A stretch of 64,000 bases of DNA from an uncultured Verrucomicrobiota bacterium. GTDB lineage: Bacteria; Verrucomicrobiota; Verrucomicrobiia; Limisphaerales; UBA8199. The position numbers and the translations under genes are program-made. Of this stretch, positions 20,341 through 28,115 are shown piece after piece. The stretch spans positions 13,446 through 77,445 of the forward strand of contig CAZVYG010000014.1 in the NCBI GenBank assembly GCA_964631605.1. The letters are read 5' to 3'. The notes beneath the pieces are model-generated. The model was given only the letters and a program-made list of their open reading frames with translations, did not search any database and was not told the DNA's origin. How positions within the stretch are numbered: the stretch's first letter is position 1; the number at the start of each line of letters is the position of its first letter.

Positions 20341-20859
20341 CTAAAAGAGGATCCCGAAACCCACCATGTGCAGGTTCAAACCTGGGTTGGGCCGGGCAGT
20401 GCTGCCGTTGGACATGTGCTGGAACCGGTAGCTGAGCCGCAGCTTTGAGGCGAGGTCAAGGTTGACGCCCACGTGGCTGGTGAACTGCAGCTTGGTTCCG
20501 AAATCCGTGGTGCCATAAACCTCCTGACTCAAATAAGTGGGACAAAAACCCACCTCGAGGCTCAAGGGAAATCGGAGGCTTCCAAACAGCAATCCTGCGC
20601 CGCCTTTGAGCGCTGCCCCGTCGCCGTAATCATCGCCCAGCCAGCCGGTCGAAGCCGTCAGGGTGGGGCGCAAGTACAAAGCCCCGTTCGATTCCCAGCG
20701 CCAGGGCAGCCCGACATCGGCGTAGAATTCGCCTTGGGTGAACTGCTTGCTTTCGGTGGGAAAGGAGACACCAAAACGCGCGCCGGCGGCGAGGATGGCC
20801 ACCTTGTTGGTGGTCGAGGCAAAACCGCACGGGGCGCCAACGAGCAGCAGAGCCAACAT
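20341..20859 (-). CDS. acyloxyacyl hydrolase (PagL-like lipid A 3-O-deacylase) outer-membrane beta-barrel
   Basis: ORF 20341..20985. A signal-like MLALLLVGAPCGFAS starts at 20859. The C-terminal block YRFQHMSNGSTARPNPGLNLHMVGFGILF carries the H-x-S-N-G catalytic-type motif of the PagL/acyloxyacyl hydrolase family and ends in an aromatic residue. Confidence 0.6.
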   Translation of the reverse strand: MLALLLVGAPCGFASTTNKVAILAAGARFGVSFPTESKQFTQGEFYADVGLPWRWESNGALYLRPTLTASTGWLGDDYGDGAALKGGAGLLFGSLRFPLSLEVGFCPTYLSQEVYGTTDFGTKLQFTSHVGVNLDLASKLRLSYRFQHMSNGSTARPNPGLNLHMVGFGILF

Positions 20860-20989
20860 CAGAAAAGCCGCCCGGCCCCGGCGCGGGAGAAGGAGCAGGT
20901 TGCCGCGGGCGTCTCCAGCCGGGGACGACACCGGCCTGATGCAAGGCGCTTTCCCGCGCGGTTTCCAGCAACGACGGGCGTCCATAGGA

Positions 20990-21616
20990 TTATCGCTTCA
21001 GGAATTTCGCCACCGCCTCGGTCCGCGTCCGCACCTGAAGTTTTTCGTAAATGCGGCGGATGTAGGTGTGGACGGTTTCGTAGCTGATGCCGAGTTTGTC
21101 GGCGATTTCCTTGTAGAGGAAGCCCTGGCTGAGGCAGTCGAGCACTTCCTGCTCGCGCTGGGACAGATTTTCGGTCGGCTGCGGCGACGGGCCGGCCTTC
21201 TGGAAGGACTGGACCACTTTGCGCGCAATGTGGGTGGTCATCGGCGACCCGCCGCGGTGGACTTCGCGCAGCGACTCGAGCAGCTCGGCGCTGCGGGTGC
21301 GTTTGAGCAGGTAGCCCGAAGCCCCGGCCGCCAGCGCGTTGAAAATGTTTTCCGTGTCCTCGTAAACGGTGAGCATGACCACCTGGATGTGCGGGGCGAT
21401 CTGCTTGAGCTGCCGCACGCACTCGACGCCGTTCATTCCCGGCAGGTTGATATCCATCAGCACCACCTCGGGACGGTCTTTGGGCAAACCCTGAAGCGCG
21501 GACTCGGCGTCGCCGTACTGGCTGACACAACGAAACCCCTCGGCGCGATTGATCACCCGCGCGAGCGTGTTTCGCAACTGTTCGTTATCTTCTACAATGG
21601 AAACCGAAATCGGCAT
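20990..21616 (-). CDS. NarL/FixJ(LuxR)-family response regulator
   Basis: ORF 20990..21739. The plausible start is MPISVSIVEDNEQLRNT (21616). The protein has a receiver domain plus a LuxR helix-turn-helix (LSQREQEVLDCLSQGFLYKEIADKLGISYETVHTYIRRIYEKL). Confidence 0.9.
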   Translation of the reverse strand: MPISVSIVEDNEQLRNTLARVINRAEGFRCVSQYGDAESALQGLPKDRPEVVLMDINLPGMNGVECVRQLKQIAPHIQVVMLTVYEDTENIFNALAAGASGYLLKRTRSAELLESLREVHRGGSPMTTHIARKVVQSFQKAGPSPQPTENLSQREQEVLDCLSQGFLYKEIADKLGISYETVHTYIRRIYEKLQVRTRTEAVAKFLKR

Positions 21617-21677
21617 TCGCAGCCTGCTCAGTGTTACCCGGCTTGGCCGGCGGGTCAAACGGAGACTTCTTTTGCGC

Positions 21678-24600
21678 CTACTTTTCCTTCCCGTCCCGCC
21701 CCGGCGCGCGCAACGGAACCACCAGCCGGATGCAAACACCGCCTTCCGCTCCGGGTCCGGTCTGGAACTGGCCGGCGATCTCTTCCATCCGGCGGCGCAT
21801 GTTGCGCAAACCGTTCCGGCCCTTGTTTTCGGCCCCGGGCGGAAGGCCCTGGCCGTTGTCCTCGATTTCGAGGGTAAACTGATCCGGAGCGAGGCGCAAC
21901 CGCAGCCGGGCGGCGGAAGCGCGCGAATGTTTTACGATGTTGTTGATCGCCTCTTTGGCGACGAGGAACACATTGTGGCGCAACTCGGGGGAGATGGGTG
22001 TCGCGGGCAACTGGGGCGGGACCTCGAGGCGGTATTGCAGGCCGGCCAGCGCCAGGTACTCCTGCGCGTACTTGCAGAGATAGTTGATCAGGCCGTCCAG
22101 CGTGTCGTTGGCGGGATTGACTGTCCACACAATTTCATCCAGAGCCCGGGTCGTCTCCCGGGCCGTCTGCGCAATCTGCCGGGCGTGGCTCTCGATTTCC
22201 GCCGGCAAATCCTTGTCCGCCTCCGCCATCTCACCCAGCAGCGCGACCTGGGTCAGGTTGGCGCCGAGTTGATCGTGCAGGTCGCGCGCGATGCGGGCGC
22301 GTTCCTTCTCGAGGGCTTCCTGCTGGCGCAGGGCGCTGAGCTGGCGCTGAAGTTTTTGCGTGGAGACGTAGTGCACCGACCCAATGATGGCCCCCAGCAA
22401 CGCGAGGGAGGCCAGCGTGAGAAACCACCAGGTCCGCCAGAACGGAGGCTGAACGATGACCCCCAGCGACATGCCAGCCGGGTTCCAAACCCCGTCCTCG
22501 TTGCCGGCGGTCACCTCGAAGCGGTAGCGGCCGGGCGGCAAACGCGGATAGCGGACCACGCGACGGTCGGACTCCACTTCGGTCCAGTCGGTCTCGTGCG
22601 GGTTGAGCCGGTAGCGGAAGCGCGCCTTGTCCGGCGCGGCGAGGTTGAGGCTGGTGTAACGGATTTCCAGCGCCTGACTTCCCGGGGGAACCGTCACTTC
22701 GCGGAGGGGCGCCGCGCCGAGGGTGCCTGCGTCCAGGCGCCGGCCATCCAGGTAAACCGCTTCAATCATCACGGGCGGGGGATTGGTGTTGCGCTTAAGC
22801 TGGGCGGGGTCCACCGACACCAGCCCTTTGATGGTTGGAAACCAGACCCTTCCGTCGCGCGTGCGGCACGCCGCAGGCTGGGACCCCTGGGTGCACTCCG
22901 GCGAAGGCAAACCTTCCGCCCGACCGTACAGGCGCGGCGCCACTGACGGAATCAGGCCGGCGGCGAGGTCGGCCAGCTCCTTGGGCGCCACCCGCAACAG
23001 GCCCGCGGTCGTGCCCAACCAAAGATGATCGAGGTTATCCTCCAGCAGGAAGGCGATGCTGTCTCCCGCCGGCCCCAATCGTCCCGCATAAGAGGTCCAG
23101 CGCCCCTCCGCGAATCGGCACAAGCCGCTCGAGGTTCCCACCCAGAGCACGCCCTTTCTGTCGCGCAGCAGCGCGGTGATGTTGTCGCTGGGCAAGCCGT
23201 TGGTCCGGGTGAAGGCCTCGAAACGCCCCGCTTGCCAGCGGACCACGCCGCCGCCGTCGGTCCCGATCCAGAGCCCCTTCGCGCCATCCTCCGCCAGCGC
23301 GCGAACCGGGAAAGGGGGCAATCCCTCCTGGGCCGTCAACCGGCTCCATTCCGATCCATCCCAACCCGCCAGGCCCGCTTCGGTGCCAGCCCAAAGCCTG
23401 CCCATGCTGTCTTGATACAGCGCCGAAACATCCCGGCGCAACAGGTCCGGCCCCTGCGCCTGCCGAAACTTGTTTTCCGAGAGACGCAACAAACCACCAT
23501 TGACGGTTCCCGCCCACACCTGTTGTTGCTGGTCCACGAACACGGACCGCACGAAGCACTTCATCGGCCCCAACGTGTGAAGGTCCAGTTTCGCCTGGAA
23601 ATCCGTAAACACCACCGAGTGTCCGTCGGCAAAGCGGTCAATGCGCTGGTCGTTGTAGCCCACCCAGAGCCCGCCGAGGACATCCTCAGCCAGTGACTGC
23701 ACGGTGGCGCCGCGGGAAGACTCGAGCACCTCGAAGAGGTGCCGTTTCACCCGCGCCAGCCCCCCCCCGTTCATGCCCACCCACAAGCTGCCCTCGCGGT
23801 CCATCGCCAGCGAGAGCACGGCGCTGTGGGAAAGTTCCGCGGTGGAAAGTTGAGCGTAACGCCCATCCGGTTGGAACCAGAACACTCCGTCCCCGTGCGT
23901 GCCGACCACGGGGTTGCCCTCAAGATCCTCGCAAACCGCGGTGATGGGGACGCCCTCTGTCCAAGGGTAGGGGCCCAGGTCGCGTTGCATCTGGTTCCGT
24001 TTCCATTTCTGGATGCGATTATCGGCCAGGCGCCAGTAACCGCCCTGGCGGCTGGCCAGCAGCGCATCCAGGCGCCGTGCCAGCCCCGGACGCCCATCCG
24101 GCCGCGCGGCGACCGGAAACTGAAATTCATAAACCACCGGCAGGCCGGTCGCGGGTCCGGGCGGCACTTGGCCAATGGCGGTGAGCTGCCAATCCGATCC
24201 AATCCAGGTCAACCCTTCGTCGTCGGTGATGACCGCCCGGCAGTTGCTGGCCAGCCCCGCTCCGGCGTTCCAAACATTCACCTGCCTGTTTTGGTAGCGG
24301 CAAAGCTGGCCGTCGGCGGTGTACAGCCACACCGCCCCGCTTCGGTCTTCGCAGGCGGACATCAGCCGGCCTTCGCGCGTGCCGCGCCCGATGTCGAGGC
24401 TGATCACGCGTCCCTGCCGCACGAGGAAGACGCCGGCGCTTTCGGTGCCGATCCATAAATTAGTTTGACTGTCCTCGAACAGCTTCAGAATGCGGCTGCT
24501 GGACAGCCCCGGCGTATTGGCCTGGCGAAAGGTGGTGAAATGCAGGCCATCGAAGCGAGCCAGACCGTCGAGCGTGCCGGCCCAGAGGTAGCCTTCGCGG

Positions 24601-24755
24601 CTCTGAACCAGCGTGAGCACCGCGCTTTGGGGCAAACCGTCCTCGACCCCCCAAACCCGAACGTTGAAGCCGGGCGGCGAGTCGGCGCAGCTCGCAGCCA
24701 CCGCCCCGCACAAGAGCAATCCCGCTGCGGCAGATTTCCACAGGTCTGTGGGCAT
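21678..24755 (-). CDS. hybrid-architecture sensor histidine kinase with periplasmic two-component-regulator beta-propeller and Y_Y_Y domains
   Basis: About 1025 aa. Propeller blades repeat the pattern GxLWxGTxxGLxRFDG. A Y_Y_Y-like segment ([16 protein letters not shown]) follows, then a TM segment, then HisKA_3 ([13 protein letters not shown]) and HATPase_c. Confidence 0.85.
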   Translation of the reverse strand: MPTDLWKSAAAGLLLCGAVAASCADSPPGFNVRVWGVEDGLPQSAVLTLVQSREGYLWAGTLDGLARFDGLHFTTFRQANTPGLSSSRILKLFEDSQTNLWIGTESAGVFLVRQGRVISLDIGRGTREGRLMSACEDRSGAVWLYTADGQLCRYQNRQVNVWNAGAGLASNCRAVITDDEGLTWIGSDWQLTAIGQVPPGPATGLPVVYEFQFPVAARPDGRPGLARRLDALLASRQGGYWRLADNRIQKWKRNQMQRDLGPYPWTEGVPITAVCEDLEGNPVVGTHGDGVFWFQPDGRYAQLSTAELSHSAVLSLAMDREGSLWVGMNGGGLARVKRHLFEVLESSRGATVQSLAEDVLGGLWVGYNDQRIDRFADGHSVVFTDFQAKLDLHTLGPMKCFVRSVFVDQQQQVWAGTVNGGLLRLSENKFRQAQGPDLLRRDVSALYQDSMGRLWAGTEAGLAGWDGSEWSRLTAQEGLPPFPVRALAEDGAKGLWIGTDGGGVVRWQAGRFEAFTRTNGLPSDNITALLRDRKGVLWVGTSSGLCRFAEGRWTSYAGRLGPAGDSIAFLLEDNLDHLWLGTTAGLLRVAPKELADLAAGLIPSVAPRLYGRAEGLPSPECTQGSQPAACRTRDGRVWFPTIKGLVSVDPAQLKRNTNPPPVMIEAVYLDGRRLDAGTLGAAPLREVTVPPGSQALEIRYTSLNLAAPDKARFRYRLNPHETDWTEVESDRRVVRYPRLPPGRYRFEVTAGNEDGVWNPAGMSLGVIVQPPFWRTWWFLTLASLALLGAIIGSVHYVSTQKLQRQLSALRQQEALEKERARIARDLHDQLGANLTQVALLGEMAEADKDLPAEIESHARQIAQTARETTRALDEIVWTVNPANDTLDGLINYLCKYAQEYLALAGLQYRLEVPPQLPATPISPELRHNVFLVAKEAINNIVKHSRASAARLRLRLAPDQFTLEIEDNGQGLPPGAENKGRNGLRNMRRRMEEIAGQFQTGPGAEGGVCIRLVVPLRAPGRDGKEK

Positions 24756-24838
24756 ATCGGCCAACCGCGGCTCAGTGTGCCTTTGCCCCGGCGCGGAGGC
24801 AAGTCGGGGCATGGACGGCGGGCCTTAAACCGTATAGG

Positions 24839-25561
24839 GTGAAGCGCATCATTATGGCCTTAGCTGACATTCGGAGAGAATACACCTTGGGTGGCTTGCG
24901 GCGGCGGGACCTTGCACCCGAACCCATCTCCCAGTTTCGCGCGTGGTTTGACCAGGCCCTCGGAGCCCGGGCCGGAGGCCGGGTGCTGAAGTTCTTCGTC
25001 AACCTTTACAAGGCGTTTCTCATGTTGGGCGGCGCGCAGCCGGCCGACGTGAACGCCATGACGCTTGCCACCGTGGACGCCGAAGGGCGCCCCTCGGCGC
25101 GAGTGGTGCTGCTCAAGGGCGTGGACGAGCGCGGCTTCGTCTTCTACACCAACTATCACAGCCGCAAGGGGCGGGAACTGGCGGCCAACCCGCGCGGGGC
25201 GCTGGTGTTTTACTGGGCCGATCTGGAACGCCAGGTTTGCGTGTCGGGCGAAGTCAGAAAACTGCCGGAAGCGGAATCGGATGCCTATTTTTCCAGCCGC
25301 CCGCGCGGCAGCCGCATTGCGGCCTGCGCCTCGGACCAAAGCCAGGTGGTGCGGGACCGGGCGGAGTTGGAGCAGCGGTGGCGCCAGGAGGAAACCCGCT
25401 ACGCCGGGCGCGAGGTGCCCCGGCCGCCACACTGGGGAGGGTATGTGCTCGTGCCGGACCGCATTGAATTCTGGCAGGGGCGCCCCAACCGTCTGCACGA
25501 TCGGTTCTGCTACAGCCGGCAACCGGATAACACCTGGAAAATCGAGCGTCTCGCGCCGTGA
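24839..25561 (+). CDS. pdxH: pyridoxamine 5'-phosphate oxidase
   Basis: Alignable by eye to E. coli PdxH through [14 protein letters not shown], [18 protein letters not shown], FYTNYxSRKG, ERQV and the C-terminal [17 protein letters not shown]...WKIERLAP. It contains an extra segment of about 23 aa (see findings). The start could instead be the ATG at 24854. Confidence 0.9.
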   Translation: MKRIIMALADIRREYTLGGLRRRDLAPEPISQFRAWFDQALGARAGGRVLKFFVNLYKAFLMLGGAQPADVNAMTLATVDAEGRPSARVVLLKGVDERGFVFYTNYHSRKGRELAANPRGALVFYWADLERQVCVSGEVRKLPEAESDAYFSSRPRGSRIAACASDQSQVVRDRAELEQRWRQEETRYAGREVPRPPHWGGYVLVPDRIEFWQGRPNRLHDRFCYSRQPDNTWKIERLAP

Positions 25562-25622
25562 AATCCCAACGCGCAAATCGCACGGGCGCGCGAGCGGGGC
25601 CGGAGGCCGCCTAGAACCGCTG

Positions 25623-28109
25623 ATGAACTGGGTTCTGCTCAAGAACAGCCTGATGGTGAGCGGACTGACCACCCTCCTGGCAGTCGGATTCGGAGCGTTG
25701 GCGGCGTTGTGGGTGGCCTGCCTCGACCGGCGCTGGCAGGCGTTCCTGGCCGGCGCGGCGCTGCTGGTGCTGGCGTTGCCGCCGTTCCTGCTGGCCAACT
25801 GCTGGCTGCATTACCTCGGCCACGCGGGCGTCTGGCGCTCGTGGCTGTCCCTGAACCTTTTCTCGCTGGGCGGCACGGTGTGGATTCTCGCCCTCTGGCT
25901 TTGGCCCATCACCTTTTTGGCGGTTTGGAGCGCCTGGCAGCGGCTCGAGTCCGCCCACCTGGAATCCGACATGGCGCTGACCGGCACGGTGCTCGTCCGC
26001 GTGCTGCTCTTTCCCCTGGCCCGGCCTGCCCTGGCGCAAGCGGCGCTCCTGACCTTCATTCTCGCGCTGAACCATTTCGCCATCCCCGCCATCCTGCAAG
26101 TGAAGGTGTTCCCCGCGGAAATCTGGGTGCGCTTCAGCACCAGTTTTGACACCCTGGGCGCGCTTCAACTCAGTTGGCCCCTGGTCCTGGGACCCACGCT
26201 GCTCCTGCTTTGGCTCGCCCGCAGGCCTGTGGCCTGGCCCCACCTCCAACCACCGGTGCCGCCGCGTCTTCTGCGCCAACAGGTCAGGCCCGGCTGGTTC
26301 CTCGGCGCAGGCGCGCTGGCGACCGTAATCTATCTCCTGGGCGCCGGCTTGCCCTTGTTTCAACTGCTTTCGGCTCCGCGGACCTGGAGCGAATTGCCTG
26401 GCGCCCTGGCGGCGGGGAGCGACGCCGTTTGGAACTCGTTCGCCTTCGCGGCCCTGGCGGCCAGTCTGGTCATCGGCCTCAGCCTCCTGCAGTGTGGCGC
26501 CCCACGCGGTCGGGAAGCGCAAGGGGCGCTGGTGCAATCGAAAGGCGTCCGGGCCATTGCCTGGCTGCCATGGCTGCCCTTCCTCGTGCCGGGGGTGTTG
26601 CTCGGGATGGGTTTGATTTTCCTTCTCAACCGCCCGGCTCTGGCCTGGTTTTACCACAGCGTGGCGATCGTGCTGCTGGCGCTGGGCATTCGCTACCTGG
26701 CGCTGGGCTGGACGGCCGTGTCGCACGCGCTGGACCGAAGCGATCCCCGTCTGCTGGAGGTTGCCCGCCTGCACGGCGCCAGCCGGCTCCAGTTGCTCCG
26801 TTACGCGCATTGGCCGCAGGTCAAGTCTCAAGTCCTGGCTGCCTGGTATATCATTTTCCTGCTCTGTTTGTGGGATGTCGAAACGATCGTGCTTCTCTGG
26901 CCGCCGGGGGCCGAAACGCTGGCCCTGCGCATTTTCAATCTGCTCCACTACGGGCATAACGCCCAGGTCAACGCGCTTTGTCTGGCGTTGCTGGGCCTGG
27001 CCGCCGCCCCGCTGCTGGGGTGGCTGGTCTGGCGCCGGTTCCGCCGGCTGGGATGGGGCGGCGCGGCCCGGGCGGGCTGCCTCGCTGCCGGCGGGCTTTG
27101 GCTGTGCGGCTGCGCCCCTGAGTATGCGCCCCATGAAGCGCCCTTGCGCAGCCAGCTCTTCGACCGGGTCGAGATCATCGGCACACGCGGTGCGGGTGTT
27201 GGGCAAGTCAACAAACCCCGGTCGGTTGCGGTGGACCCCATGGACAATCTTTACGTGGTGGACATGACCGGCCGGGTTCAGAAGTTTGATTCCAACGGCG
27301 TTTTTGTACTGCAGTGGCAAATGCCCGAAACTGACATCGGCCGGGCCAAAGGCCTGTGCCGGGACCGCGAGGGCAACATCGTGGTGAACGAGCCGCACTA
27401 TGCCCGCGTCAATCATTATTCGCCCGCCGGCCGGCTGGTCTTCCAGTGGGGGCGGCACGGGCCGGCGCCGGGAGAGCTTGGCTTTCCGCGCGCGGTGGCG
27501 GTGAACTCCCAAAATGAAATCATCGTAAGTGAATATGGCGCCAACGAGCGCGTGCAGCGGTTCCGGCTGCCGCCCACCCTTGGCGCCGGGGCAACGGTCG
27601 AGTTCCTTAACGCCTTTGGCGAACGGGGCGGTGGCCCGGGGCAGTTCAACCGGCCCGAAGGCTTGTGCGTGGACGCCCAGGACCGAATTTACGTGGCCGA
27701 TTCCTGCAATCATCGCATTCAAGTCTTTACGCGCGAGGGCCGGTTCCTGCGCGCCTACGGCCGGGCGGGCCGCGGGCCGGGCCAGTTGAGCTACCCCTAC
27801 GACATTTGCGTGGACAGCCGGGGATTCCAATACGTCTGCGAATTCGGCAACAGCCGCATCCAAGTCTTCGACGCCGACGATCGGCCGGTCGAGATGATTG
27901 GGGGACCCGGCGCCGAGCCGGGGCGGTTCAGCAACCCGTGGGGAGTGGCGCTTGATTCGGCTGGCAACCTTTACGTCGCTGATTCCCAAAATCACCGCAT
28001 CCAGAAACTCAAGCGGTCACGGCCTTATGGCCGCGCTTCGAGCCTCGGGACGCCGGTTTCCATTCGATTTGGAGGGGACTTGCCGTTAGCTTTGGGCGTG
28101 GGCCGTTGA
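25623..28109 (+). CDS. fused ABC transporter permease (two BPD_transp_1 domains, FbpB/ThiP-like) with a C-terminal NHL-repeat beta-propeller
   Basis: ORF 25065..28109. The first 186 codons overlap pdxH and were rejected; the true start is MNWVLLKNSLMVSGLTTLLAV at 25623. There are two EAA-type loops (ESDMALTGTVLVRVLLFPLARPAL and LEVARLHGASRLQLLRYAHWPQV). An extra TM/lipobox-like segment follows (RRFRRLGWGGAARAGCLAAGGLWLCGC). After that come about 6 NHL repeats (PRSVAVDPMDNLYVVD, PEGLCVDAQDRIYVADSCNHRIQVF, PWGVALDSAGNLYVADSQNHRIQKL). Confidence 0.75.
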   Translation: MNWVLLKNSLMVSGLTTLLAVGFGALAALWVACLDRRWQAFLAGAALLVLALPPFLLANCWLHYLGHAGVWRSWLSLNLFSLGGTVWILALWLWPITFLAVWSAWQRLESAHLESDMALTGTVLVRVLLFPLARPALAQAALLTFILALNHFAIPAILQVKVFPAEIWVRFSTSFDTLGALQLSWPLVLGPTLLLLWLARRPVAWPHLQPPVPPRLLRQQVRPGWFLGAGALATVIYLLGAGLPLFQLLSAPRTWSELPGALAAGSDAVWNSFAFAALAASLVIGLSLLQCGAPRGREAQGALVQSKGVRAIAWLPWLPFLVPGVLLGMGLIFLLNRPALAWFYHSVAIVLLALGIRYLALGWTAVSHALDRSDPRLLEVARLHGASRLQLLRYAHWPQVKSQVLAAWYIIFLLCLWDVETIVLLWPPGAETLALRIFNLLHYGHNAQVNALCLALLGLAAAPLLGWLVWRRFRRLGWGGAARAGCLAAGGLWLCGCAPEYAPHEAPLRSQLFDRVEIIGTRGAGVGQVNKPRSVAVDPMDNLYVVDMTGRVQKFDSNGVFVLQWQMPETDIGRAKGLCRDREGNIVVNEPHYARVNHYSPAGRLVFQWGRHGPAPGELGFPRAVAVNSQNEIIVSEYGANERVQRFRLPPTLGAGATVEFLNAFGERGGGPGQFNRPEGLCVDAQDRIYVADSCNHRIQVFTREGRFLRAYGRAGRGPGQLSYPYDICVDSRGFQYVCEFGNSRIQVFDADDRPVEMIGGPGAEPGRFSNPWGVALDSAGNLYVADSQNHRIQKLKRSRPYGRASSLGTPVSIRFGGDLPLALGVGR

Positions 28110-28115
28110 GCGATC

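Noticed and set aside
25065-25622. The 186-codon N-terminal extension of the ABC permease ORF, overlapping pdxH in another frame.
   Set aside because: The translation ([27 protein letters not shown]...) is not protein-like and lies inside a well-supported pdxH. A good ATG with a hydrophobic permease N-terminus follows at 25623.
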